Shown: positions 1 through 7,600 of the stretch, piece after piece | How positions within the stretch are numbered: the stretch's first letter is position 1 | Layout of the letters: each line of letters starts with the position of its first letter | From: Candidatus Nanoarchaeia archaeon | GTDB lineage: Archaea; Nanobdellota; Nanobdellia; Woesearchaeales; DSVV01 | NCBI GenBank assembly: GCA_048618745.1 | Contig: JBMCCQ010000001.1 | Coordinates: forward strand, 1-52,587 | Reading direction: 5' to 3' | DNA: 52,587 bases | Translations under genes and position numbers: made by a program | The notes under the pieces: model-generated | The model's database searches: none | What the model saw: the letters and a program-made list of their open reading frames with translations, nothing else | What the model was told of the DNA's origin: nothing

Positions 1-63
1 TTACAATATTTATATTTTAGAATATAATGGGGGTATTACTATGGGGAAGAATGATAAAGGCAT

Positions 64-342
64 ATGGTTGCTATACTTAGCTACATCACAATAATCGGGT
101 GGATTATTGCTTTGGTTTTACACCAGGAGAATAAAACATCTCTTGGAAGCTTTCATTTGAGACAGGCATTGCTTCTAATGATTGCGGGATTGGTTTTGAC
201 ATTCATTCCGATTATTGGGTGGCTTCTTAATATTGTTGTGTTTGTTTTCTGGATTATGGGTTTGGTTTATGCAATTCAGAAGCAGGAAAAAGAGGTCCCC
301 CTTATAGGTGGGCTTGCGCAGCAATGGTTTCATATGATTTAA
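64..342 (+). CDS. Small integral membrane protein of unknown function
   Basis: 92-aa ORF with an ATG start. It has two pairs of strongly hydrophobic helices (ILSYITIIGWIIALVL; LLLMIAGLVLTFIPIIGWLLNIVVFVFWIMGLVY). Confidence 0.5.
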   Translation: MVAILSYITIIGWIIALVLHQENKTSLGSFHLRQALLLMIAGLVLTFIPIIGWLLNIVVFVFWIMGLVYAIQKQEKEVPLIGGLAQQWFHMI

Positions 343-381
343 TTCTTTTTTTATTCATATTATACATAAACAATACAAACA

Positions 382-391
382 TTTATAAATA
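382..391 (+). promoter_or_regulatory. TATA-box-like element (TTTATAAATA) upstream of the S13 operon
   Basis: The same TTTATAAATA/TTTATAAAAC motif recurs upstream of other first genes in this window. It lies about 100 nt from the ATG at 492, so the TSS is uncertain. Confidence 0.35.
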
Positions 392-491
392 ACCTCTTTA
401 TCCGATGCATCACTTAAGCCCGAGTTCATTATCGAGCGCTTGTTAGGGTTTGCTAATAATAGCGAATTCTAACAAAATACTTTGCATTAAA

Positions 492-953
492 ATGGCTGAA
501 AAAAATTCAAACTTAAAACACCTTGTAAGGGTTAAAAATACTGATATTGACGGGAACAAACAGGCATATGTGGCTCTCTCAAAGATAAAAGGGGTTGGTT
601 TTATGATGGCCAACGCAGTTTGCCAGAGGGCCGGCGTGGAAAAAACGCAAAAAATAGGGGAAGTTCCTGATGAGCAAGTATCAAAAATTGAAGAAGTCTT
701 TGACAATCCTTCAAAATTCAATATCCCTTCCTGGATGCTAAACAGGAGAAATGATTATGAGGAAGGGGTTGACAAACACCTTTATACCTCAGACTTGGAG
801 TTTACGCATAATAATGAGTTAAGACGTATGCAAAAAACCAAATCTTATAGGGGGCTTCGACTTTCATGGGGGCTTACTGTAAGGGGTCAGAGGACAAAAG
901 CACACTTCAGGAAAGGCACCAAAAAGGGCCTTGGTGTAAAAAGAAAGAAATGA
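492..953 (+). CDS. rps13: 30S ribosomal protein S13 (uS13)
   Basis: The translation MAEKNSNLKHLVRVKNTDIDGNK...KIKGVG...RGQRTKA is typical of uS13. The ATG at 492 is preferred over the TTG at 450 in the ORF track. It heads the conserved S13-S4-S11-RpoD block. Confidence 0.93.
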   Translation: MAEKNSNLKHLVRVKNTDIDGNKQAYVALSKIKGVGFMMANAVCQRAGVEKTQKIGEVPDEQVSKIEEVFDNPSKFNIPSWMLNRRNDYEEGVDKHLYTSDLEFTHNNELRRMQKTKSYRGLRLSWGLTVRGQRTKAHFRKGTKKGLGVKRKK

Positions 954-959
954 TAAAAA

Positions 960-1490
960 ATGGGCGATCCTAAGAGAACCAAGAAAAAGTATGATACTCC
1001 CAGGCAACCTTGGGTTAAGGAAACTATTGATGCAGAGAAGGAATTGGTTAGGGAATACGGGCTGAAAAACAAAAAGGAAATCTGGAAAGTACTATCAAAA
1101 CTAAGAAATCTGAAATCACAAAGCAAGCAATATGGCCATGACGATTCTCCTGAAAATCTTGAAAGACAGGAACTTTTATTGCAGAAATTAAGAAGGATGG
1201 GTCTTCTTAATGAGAATCAGGGCCTTGACGACGTGCTTGGTCTGGATGTTAAAGATCTACTCGAAAGAAGGCTTCAGACATTATTATACAGAAAAAATTT
1301 GGCAAACTCAATGAAACAGGCCAGACAGTTTATTGTCCACAATCATGTGGTTGTAAATGACAGGAAGGTTAGTGTTCCAGGATATATGGTTAAAAAGGAA
1401 GAGGAAGCAACAATTGGCTTTTCAGAAGGCTCTGCTCTTGCAAACCCCGAGCACCCGGAAATATCCGTGCTTAAAACACAAGTAGAATAA
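960..1490 (+). CDS. rps4: 30S ribosomal protein S4 (uS4)
   Basis: N-terminus [18 protein letters not shown] and a C-terminal S4 RNA-binding domain ([17 protein letters not shown]). Conserved operon position. Confidence 0.93.
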   Translation: MGDPKRTKKKYDTPRQPWVKETIDAEKELVREYGLKNKKEIWKVLSKLRNLKSQSKQYGHDDSPENLERQELLLQKLRRMGLLNENQGLDDVLGLDVKDLLERRLQTLLYRKNLANSMKQARQFIVHNHVVVNDRKVSVPGYMVKKEEEATIGFSEGSALANPEHPEISVLKTQVE

Positions 1491-1492
1491 AA

Positions 1493-1930
1493 ATGGCTGC
1501 AAAAGAAAAAAACGAAAAATCAGAAGAACCTAATAAAAGACAACCACTTCGCTGGGGTGTGGTGCATATATATTCATCTTATAATAATACTATAATTCAT
1601 ATTACTGATGTGACCGGTAGTGAAACCATTGCAAGAGTTTCAGGAGGGATGGTAGTAAAAGCAGACAGGCTTGAATCTTCCCCTACAGCAGCAATGATTG
1701 CAGCAAAACAGGCAGCCGAAACTGCAAAAGAAAAAGGCATCAATGCCCTACAGGTTAAAATCAGGGCCAAAGGCGGCCATAATGGTCCAATGAACCCTGG
1801 ACAGGGTGCGCAGGCTGCAGTTAGGGCGCTCGCAAGAGTAGGGGTTAAAATAGGGTTTATCCAGGATTGTACTCCTGTTCCTCATGATGGATGCAGGAAA
1901 AAAGGCGGTAAGAGAGGCAGGAGAGTATAA
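1493..1930 (+). CDS. rps11: 30S ribosomal protein S11 (uS11)
   Basis: [18 protein letters not shown]...[17 protein letters not shown] is characteristic of uS11. Conserved operon position. Confidence 0.93.
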   Translation: MAAKEKNEKSEEPNKRQPLRWGVVHIYSSYNNTIIHITDVTGSETIARVSGGMVVKADRLESSPTAAMIAAKQAAETAKEKGINALQVKIRAKGGHNGPMNPGQGAQAAVRALARVGVKIGFIQDCTPVPHDGCRKKGGKRGRRV

Positions 1931-1932
1931 AA

Positions 1933-2712
1933 ATGGAAGTCAGGTCTCTTGAAAAAGGCGATGATTACCTTAAATTCATGCTTGGTGGCTCTACACCAGG
2001 GTATGCAAATACACTTAGAAGGCTTGTTGTTAATAGAGCCCGGACCCTGGCAATTGAGGATGTGGAAATTAAAACAAATAACTCATCTCTCTATGACGAA
2101 GTCTTGGCACACAGATTAGGTTTGTTGCCCTTAAAGACCGACCTTTCCTCTTATAATGAAAAGGATAAATGTAGTTGTAATGGGGCAGGATGCGCTCAGT
2201 GTGAAGTTAAGCTTACGTTAAAGGGTAAGGGGCCTGGGACATTATACGCCTCAGAATTAAAAAGCCAGGATCCAAAAATTGTGCCAGTTTACCCGGAAAC
2301 ACCTATTGTTAAGCTCCAAAAAGAGCAGGAAGTCGAACTTGTTGCAACTGCTGTTGTCGGGAAAGGCAAAGATCATGCTAAATGGGCGCCCGGCCATATG
2401 TGGTTTACCTATAAGCCAAATATAAAAGTTAATCAAAATTCAAAGAAGTTTGATGAGGTTAAAGACAAATACCCTCCCCAGATATTTAAAAATGGCAAAA
2501 TTGACAAAAATCTCATAAACACGCCCGAGCTTGTTGATGCCTGCGAGGGCGTATGCGATGATGTTGTAAAAATTGACTACGACGATACCTCTTTCATATT
2601 TCACCTCGAAAACTGGGGTCAACTTGAAAGCAAAGAGATGGTAAAAGAAGCTATAGAAACATTTAATGAGTTAATAGATGATTTTTCAAAACAACTTAAA
2701 GATTTAAAATAG
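1933..2712 (+). CDS. rpoD: DNA-directed RNA polymerase subunit D (Rpo3)
   Basis: 259 aa following S11 as in archaeal alpha operons. It carries Cys clusters (CSCNGAGCAQC; ACEGVCDD) typical of archaeal subunit D. Confidence 0.88.
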   Translation: MEVRSLEKGDDYLKFMLGGSTPGYANTLRRLVVNRARTLAIEDVEIKTNNSSLYDEVLAHRLGLLPLKTDLSSYNEKDKCSCNGAGCAQCEVKLTLKGKGPGTLYASELKSQDPKIVPVYPETPIVKLQKEQEVELVATAVVGKGKDHAKWAPGHMWFTYKPNIKVNQNSKKFDEVKDKYPPQIFKNGKIDKNLINTPELVDACEGVCDDVVKIDYDDTSFIFHLENWGQLESKEMVKEAIETFNELIDDFSKQLKDLK

Positions 2713-2803
2713 CGCCTTACATTGAATGTAAGGTGTGTTGGCGGCCTGCCCCGCACAAGGGGGTTTAACCCTCTCTACTGGATTGTTGTTACAATCTGTT
2801 TAC

Positions 2804-2887
2804 GCGGGGGTGCCGGAGTGGTCAAACGGGCCAGGTTGAGGGCCTGGTGGCTTAGTGCCTGCGCGAGTTCAAACCTCGTCCCCCGCA
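2804..2887 (+). tRNA. tRNA-Leu (anticodon GAG), type II with long variable arm
   Basis: Manually folded. Acceptor GCGGGGG/CCCCCGC; 3-bp D stem; anticodon stem CCAGG/CCTGG with loop TTGAGGG; variable arm; T arm GCGAG-TTCAAAC-CTCGT; discriminator A. No encoded CCA. Confidence 0.9.
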
Positions 2888-2998
2888 TTATTTAGTGGTG
2901 GGCTTGAGCGTAGCGAACCGCACCTCGGTGTCAACGGACGAAACCGTTGCGCGGAGTCAAACCTCGTCCCCCGCATTATTTGGTGGTGGGCTTGAGCG
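2861..2998 (+). repeat. Tandem direct repeat: the tRNA-Leu 3' half plus a 23-nt trailer, duplicated 88 bp downstream
   Basis: 2861-2910 and 2949-2998 are near-identical, differing by one indel in the T-loop and one substitution in the trailer. The second copy has no matching 5' acceptor strand. Confidence 0.85.
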
Positions 2999-3009
2999 CA
3001 ACTAAAATG

Positions 3010-3017
3010 TATAAAAG
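3010..3017 (+). promoter_or_regulatory. TATA-box-like element (TATAAAAG) about 26 nt upstream of the L18e ATG
   Basis: The spacing to the ATG at 3039 matches the leaderless pattern seen at other first genes in this window. Confidence 0.4.
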
Positions 3018-3038
3018 GGATTGTTTCCCTGCAGAATA

Positions 3039-3392
3039 ATGAGGAAAATGAAAACAAACACAGAACTTAAGAACCTGGTACAGGAACTTAAAAAGCAAGG
3101 AAATCAGGCTAACCTGTGGCGGAGGCTTGCAACCGATCTTGAAAAGCCTACAAGACAGAAAAAGGCAGTTAACCTGAATAAAATTGACTTGCTTAGTAAA
3201 GAGAATGAAACTATTGTAGTTCCTGGAAAAGTGCTCGGCAATGGTAATATTAATCACAAGGTAAATGTTGCTGCTCTTAATTTTTCTGCCCAGGCGGCAT
3301 TGAAAATGAAAGAGGCTAGCTGCAAAACTTATTCAATCTCAGAGCTCCTCAAAAATAATCCTGAGGGTAAAAACGTGAGGATAATAATATGA
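3039..3392 (+). CDS. rpl18e: 50S ribosomal protein L18e (eL18)
   Basis: MRKMKTNTELKNLVQELKKQ...LWRRLA...VPGKVLG is typical of L18e. The ORF-track start at 3021 is a TTG; in-frame ATGs occur at 3039 and 3048 and cannot be discriminated here. Confidence 0.88.
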   Translation: MRKMKTNTELKNLVQELKKQGNQANLWRRLATDLEKPTRQKKAVNLNKIDLLSKENETIVVPGKVLGNGNINHKVNVAALNFSAQAALKMKEASCKTYSISELLKNNPEGKNVRIII

Positions 3393-3805
3393 TAATTAAT
3401 GCAGAAAATAAAATCCTGGGAAGACTTGCTGCCTTTGCAGCAAAACAGGCGCTTTTAGGCGAAACTGTAAAAATTGTTAACTGCGAAAAGGCCGTTATCT
3501 CAGGCAACAAGGCAGATGTATTTGAAAAGTTCAGGGCAAGAAGAAACAGGGGGATCCCTTTAGGCGGACCATATTACAGGAGGTCTCCTGAACAGATTGT
3601 TAAACGATCTGTAAGGGGCATGCTACCTTACAAAAAGGGTAAAGGAAAATCTGCATATAAAAATATTCTTTGTTATAGTGGGGTTCCTGCTGATTTGGCT
3701 AATGAATCCTTTACTGAGATTGAGGGAGCTGATTATTCCAAACTTCAAAAAACCAGGATTACACAAGTAAAGGAAATCTCAAAAGAACTGGGGGCTAAAA
3801 TATGA
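3389..3805 (+). CDS. rpl13: 50S ribosomal protein L13 (uL13)
   Basis: INAENKILGRLAAFAAKQALLGE...VRGMLP is a uL13 signature. A 4-nt overlap couples it to L18e. Confidence 0.92.
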   Translation: MIINAENKILGRLAAFAAKQALLGETVKIVNCEKAVISGNKADVFEKFRARRNRGIPLGGPYYRRSPEQIVKRSVRGMLPYKKGKGKSAYKNILCYSGVPADLANESFTEIEGADYSKLQKTRITQVKEISKELGAKI

Positions 3806-4200
3806 AGGTTGTCCATAGAAGCGGTATCAGGAAAAGGGCAGTGGCCCGTGCCACTGTAAAGGAAGGGAAAGGTATAATTAAAGTAAATAACAGTCTGATA
3901 GATTATGTTTCGCCTGAACTTTCAAAAATGAAGATGCTTGAGCCAATTATTCTTGCAGAAGATATTGCAAAAAAAATTGACATATCTGTTAATGTCAACG
4001 GCGGTGGTTATATGTCACAGGCAGAGGCCGTAAGGTTGGCAATCTCCAGGGCAATTCTTGATTTTACCAATGATAGTAAGTTAAAGGAAACATTTCTGGA
4101 TTACGACAGGCAGCTAATGGTTGCTGATGTCAGGCGTAAAGAAATGTGTAAGCCTAATGATTCAAAGGCAAGAGCCAAGCGCCAAAAATCTTACAGGTGA
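3802..4200 (+). CDS. rps9: 30S ribosomal protein S9 (uS9)
   Basis: GIRKRAVARATVKEGKG...GGGYMSQAEAVRLAISRA...KARAKRQKSYR is a uS9 signature. Confidence 0.93.
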   Translation: MKVVHRSGIRKRAVARATVKEGKGIIKVNNSLIDYVSPELSKMKMLEPIILAEDIAKKIDISVNVNGGGYMSQAEAVRLAISRAILDFTNDSKLKETFLDYDRQLMVADVRRKEMCKPNDSKARAKRQKSYR

Positions 4201-4206
4201 TTAAAA

Positions 4207-4401
4207 GTGATACCGATAAGATGTTATAGTTGTGGGAAACCGGTTGCACACCTATGGGAAAAATATAAGGAAAAAGTGGCCAACAATGAAGATGCAAAAG
4301 AGGCGCTTGATGAGCTTGGTCTTGCCAGGTTTTGTTGCAGGCAGACTTTTTTATCACATGTTGAGTTGGTGGATATTGCCTCAAAGTTCAAAAAGTTTTA
4401 A
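4207..4401 (+). CDS. rpoN: DNA-directed RNA polymerase subunit N (Rpo10)
   Basis: 64 aa. MIPIRCYSCGKPVAHLWEKY...RFCCRQTFLSHV is the zinc-binding RpoN/Rpb10 signature. GTG start. Confidence 0.9.
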   Translation: MIPIRCYSCGKPVAHLWEKYKEKVANNEDAKEALDELGLARFCCRQTFLSHVELVDIASKFKKF

Positions 4402-4868
4402 TTAAACCAGTAGCTTTGTGTGTCAGGAACTCTGTCGTTTCCGTAAAGCACTTCTTCTGGTTTTTCTTTGTATACAACCCACGAGTTATTTTCAGGACCA
4501 AAGTAAGTTTTTTTTATAGTCTTACCAATTTCAAGGCCACATGATAGTCTGTCAGAAAGTTCTGCTGATTTATTCCCCTTTGCTATTAATGATGGGGCCT
4601 CTTGTTTGGTTGCTGTAACCATGCTTATTAGGTCGTTGGATCTTTCTATATCTACTTTCTTCCTGTTTCTTCTCATGAAATCATTCAATTGTCTCTTCAG
4701 ATTATTGTAGCTTGGGTCCATGAATACCAGGACATGTTTAAATGTGTATGAAGCATCCCCAACCACCTGGCTGGGGCTGATAATTGCAAAATAATTGCCC
4801 GGAGACAACTCACGCTGTTTTCCTCTACCACTATTATTCATATAATACATGCTTGGGTACTTCTCCAT
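4398..4868 (-). CDS. Hypothetical protein (orphan, 156 aa)
   Basis: Long ORF with no family recognised. The ATG at 4868 is preceded by AGGTGA at Shine-Dalgarno distance. The GTG at 4877 in the ORF track is part of that SD. Confidence 0.55.
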   Translation of the reverse strand: MEKYPSMYYMNNSGRGKQRELSPGNYFAIISPSQVVGDASYTFKHVLVFMDPSYNNLKRQLNDFMRRNRKKVDIERSNDLISMVTATKQEAPSLIAKGNKSAELSDRLSCGLEIGKTIKKTYFGPENNSWVVYKEKPEEVLYGNDRVPDTQSYWFN

Positions 4869-5059
4869 TTTACTCACCTGATATAACTATCTCTGGGCGA
4901 TGAGTTTTAGTGTGTATATGGTATTTACGCCCAGAGAAAAAGATGCGGGGTGCTTAAAGCACCAGAGCCACCACTACCAAAATTACATGCAGGTTTGCAT
5001 TCATTCTGGCGGCTTTCATATACAACCCATAATGTAAAAACTTATATTTAAATTTTGCT

Positions 5060-5968
5060 TTAAGCAGCATTAAAAAGATACGCGCCCGGACAATTTACCA
5101 CCCTGTAATCCAGGACTTGTAATTTTGGGGGCTTCATTATTTGTAGTGGGTTCCGCAAGTATGCGGTTGTTTTTATTTTATCTACGTGCCTGCTATCAAA
5201 GGCTTTGTTCATAAAATCTTTTTCCGTATTAATCATTATTACAGAAACGGGATTTTTTATAAAGGCATTGGTAAACTTATCATCTTGCATAAGATAATTG
5301 CAAGAGTTATGTAGAATTCTTTCAATATCGTGGTCGTGTGTTACAACAGTAACAGCTGTGTTGTCAATTAAAGATTTGTATAGGGCTGCTGCCGCAAGTT
5401 TCTCGTCACTCATTTTATGTTTGGGGGTCTTTGCAAGCCAGGGTAGTTCCCCCTGCCCGTGATGTTTAATAAGCGAAGAGTCTGTGATATAGTTGGTGAG
5501 TTTTACAAGTTTATTATACTCCTCATCATTTATATGTATTTTACTTCTCTTTACAACTTTTGCGACATTAAAAAAATCAAAACAAATTTTTTCTGCCTCT
5601 TTTCGCCGTGATTTGAGTTCATCAAGCATTTCATAATCATATTTATCATGTAAATGCAGATTTCTCTTATTTAGAAACTTTAATTTGTCCCTTAATAACT
5701 CACAAAACTGTTGATACTCTTTTTCAATAGCCTCAATTGTATATATATTGTCGCTGACCCACCAGTTATACTGGTTTGCGGCAATTTCTGCAAGCATATC
5801 AAGCTTATCCTGGGTAAACTGGTTATAACTGTTAACATTGTACAGGGCATCCCTGAATATATTTGTGCAGGGCATATAAATATTTACGTTATCGCTAAGA
5901 ATCAATTGATTACAGATGCCATCTAATTTGATGTTTTTTGTTGTACATGGTTCTCGGTGTGGTATCAT
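5060..5968 (-). CDS. Hypothetical protein, possible PIN-like nuclease fold with a large helical insertion
   Basis: 302-aa ORF. LILSDNVNIY near the N-terminus and MSDEKLAAAALYKSLIDNTAVTVVTHDHDIERI near the C-terminus resemble PIN acidic motifs. Recognition is weak. Confidence 0.5.
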   Translation of the reverse strand: MIPHREPCTTKNIKLDGICNQLILSDNVNIYMPCTNIFRDALYNVNSYNQFTQDKLDMLAEIAANQYNWWVSDNIYTIEAIEKEYQQFCELLRDKLKFLNKRNLHLHDKYDYEMLDELKSRRKEAEKICFDFFNVAKVVKRSKIHINDEEYNKLVKLTNYITDSSLIKHHGQGELPWLAKTPKHKMSDEKLAAAALYKSLIDNTAVTVVTHDHDIERILHNSCNYLMQDDKFTNAFIKNPVSVIMINTEKDFMNKAFDSRHVDKIKTTAYLRNPLQIMKPPKLQVLDYRVVNCPGAYLFNAA

Positions 5969-5990
5969 CTTGAAGCCTTAGATAAGAAGA

Positions 5991-6264
5991 GAGCGGGAAC
6001 ACCTGTGGATGGGCACAAAAGACCTCCCCGGCTGCCCCGGCCCTTCCTTGGCTTTGCTACCCTGCAAGCGCCAGTTCAGGCAATTAGGGCTGCTCCCGTC
6101 AAGGCCTGACCCGGTTCTTGTCTGACCCGACCCTGCAGGACAAAGCCTCATTGTCCAGGCCGGGACCGGTAGTAGGCCTCAAATGCCTCTCCACAGGCTT
6201 CGGCCCTGCCATAAAGCCCGTTTACAGTAACAAGGGAGGGCTAACCCCCCGGCCTATCCCGCTC
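5991..6264 (-). ncRNA. Signal recognition particle RNA (archaeal 7S/SRP RNA)
   Basis: GC-rich island of about 275 nt in an AT-rich genome. The minus-strand RNA begins GAGCGGGAUAGGCCGGGGGGUUAGCCC...GGGCCGAAGCC, resembling the 5' region of archaeal SRP RNAs as I recall it. It contains a helix-8-like GGUCAGGCC...GACGGGAGCAGCC, and its termini pair (GAGCGGGA/UCCCGCUC). A TATA-like element lies about 27 nt upstream. Confidence 0.85.
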
Positions 6265-6285
6265 GAAGTTTCCAGAAAAGAGTCC

Positions 6286-6296
6286 TTTTTAAATAG
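6286..6296 (-). promoter_or_regulatory. TATA-box-like element for the SRP RNA gene
   Basis: The minus strand reads CTATTTAAAAA, centred about 27 nt upstream of the inferred SRP RNA 5' end. Confidence 0.45.
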
Positions 6297-6347
6297 TTTT
6301 TGGCGCTGAGGCAATAAATATAAGGCAGCTTTTTATCTTTTCATGGT

Positions 6348-7058
6348 ATGAACGTTTTTGAACTTGAATTATACAATGAGAAAATCCTTTTTTCAGTTGA
6401 AGATGAGTATTCATCTAAATGGTTTTATCCGCGCTATAAAAACAATGGTGTACATGAACGAAAAGTTACAGAATTAATTATTGAAAATTGCAAAAGGGCT
6501 AAAAATTTTGTTGATGTTGGAGCGCACATTGGGTTTTTTACATGTGTAGTTGGGAAAATATTCCCCGGTATAAATGTACATAGTTTTGAAATACAAGATA
6601 CTGCTCTTAAGCTACTACAAAAAAATATTGAATTAAACAAACTTAATAATGTGCGTCTGTATAATTGCGGCGTAGCTGATGTGGCCGGTGTTTCTTTTTA
6701 TCAACCAACTAATTTTCCCGACGAGAAATCTGCTTTAACTAATGTTGGCAAAAAAGTGAAAACAATTAAACTGGACAGCCTTGATTTTGTGCCGGATGTA
6801 GTAAAGATTGACGTCGAGGGAACTGAGCTTGATGTGTTGCGAGGAATGAAAAAAATATTGCCAAAAGTTAAGGCAGTCTTTGTTGAGATTCATCCACATT
6901 TATATGAAAAAAATACAATTAAAAAAATTCTTGAATGCCTTAAAGATTTCAGGATCTATGAAATATGCGATCATCGTCGACGTGGCGACCCGGATATAAT
7001 TAAAGTTGAATCAGCTGATTTTCCTTATAACAATATGCTTTATGCCTTCAGGAGATGA
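6348..7058 (+). CDS. FkbM-family SAM-dependent methyltransferase
   Basis: VDVGAHIGFFTCVVG (SAM-binding loop) and VKIDVEGTELDVLRGM are the hallmark FkbM-family motifs. Confidence 0.75.
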   Translation: MNVFELELYNEKILFSVEDEYSSKWFYPRYKNNGVHERKVTELIIENCKRAKNFVDVGAHIGFFTCVVGKIFPGINVHSFEIQDTALKLLQKNIELNKLNNVRLYNCGVADVAGVSFYQPTNFPDEKSALTNVGKKVKTIKLDSLDFVPDVVKIDVEGTELDVLRGMKKILPKVKAVFVEIHPHLYEKNTIKKILECLKDFRIYEICDHRRRGDPDIIKVESADFPYNNMLYAFRR

Positions 7059-7083
7059 AATATATATAATTCCCAAACAAAAA

Positions 7084-7156
7084 AGCACCGGGTGGGACTC
7101 GAACCCACGAATAATCGGTCTGCAGCCGATCGCCTTAGCCGCTTGGCTACCGGTGC
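7084..7156 (-). tRNA. tRNA-Cys (anticodon GCA)
   Basis: Minus strand GCACCGG-TA-GCC-AAGCGGCTAA-GGC-G-ATCGG-CTGCAGA-CCGAT-TATTC-GTGGG-TTCGAGT-CCCAC-CCGGTGC-T. The cloverleaf folds cleanly. Confidence 0.9.
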
Positions 7157-7204
7157 GCGGTTTTTTTAAAGCATTTAGGGATTATTTATAAAACTTTTCA
7201 ATAA

Positions 7205-7216
7205 GTATAAATTATA
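7205..7216 (+). promoter_or_regulatory. TATA-box-like element about 27 nt upstream of the ATG at 7238
   Basis: GTATAAATTATA. A second TTTATAAAA at 7186-7194 could serve the divergent tRNA-Cys. Confidence 0.35.
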
Positions 7217-7237
7217 TCTTTGTTTTCCATAATTAAT

Positions 7238-7588
7238 ATGTTTGAATGCCAACGTTGTGGGTTTTGCTGCCAGCTTGATGTTGTGGTTGATGAGCAGGAT
7301 ATTAAGAGATTAAAGCGTGCAGGTAAAAAGAATTTTACAATAACAAGAGAAGGGAAAAAGTTTCTAAAACATAAGGGGAATTTTTGTATTTTCTTTAAAG
7401 ACGGCCTTTGTTCAGTTTATCCTGTAAGGCCTTCGGTTTGCCAAAGATTTCCCTTTGAGCGGGACGGGACGTTTAGTGAGAAATGCAAGCAAAGAAAAGA
7501 TTTTGGAAGCAGGGTTGAAAGGCGCATGGTAGAATTTTTAATCCGTCATGAGGCCAAAAGAGACGGTAGTTTTAAAAATAATCCTTAA
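7238..7588 (+). CDS. YkgJ-family Cys-cluster protein (CxxCxxCC putative zinc/iron-chelating domain)
   Basis: MFECQRCGFCCQ...C.VY.VRPSVCQRFPF matches the CxxCxxCC (UPF0153) family pattern. The ORF-track start at 7220 is a TTG; the ATG at 7238 is preferred. Confidence 0.7.
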   Translation: MFECQRCGFCCQLDVVVDEQDIKRLKRAGKKNFTITREGKKFLKHKGNFCIFFKDGLCSVYPVRPSVCQRFPFERDGTFSEKCKQRKDFGSRVERRMVEFLIRHEAKRDGSFKNNP

Positions 7589-7600
7589 CCCTCTTTATTT

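Noticed and set aside
2715-2733. Perfect 8-bp hairpin (CCTTACAT-TGA-ATGTAAGG) just after the rpoD stop, considered as a terminator
   Set aside because: There is no following oligo-T tract, which is the usual archaeal termination signal. tRNA-Leu and L18e follow closely, so it may be a processing or stability element instead, and it is not annotated as a terminator.
2737-2780. GC-rich 44-nt stretch upstream of tRNA-Leu containing CTGCCCCGCAC, a possible third decayed copy of the tRNA 3' end
   Set aside because: The similarity is limited to about 9 nt and is out of register with the 88-bp repeat period, so it is too weak to call.
2869-3257. Minus-strand ORFs of 62 and 93 aa
   Set aside because: They overlap the tRNA-Leu repeat region and are antisense to L18e.
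6118-6309. 63-aa plus-strand ORF
   Set aside because: It lies inside the GC-rich SRP RNA gene, and its Pro/Gly/Arg-rich translation is a GC artefact.
7006-7191. 61-aa plus-strand ORF
   Set aside because: It runs through the tRNA-Cys gene on the opposite strand and overlaps the end of the FkbM methyltransferase.
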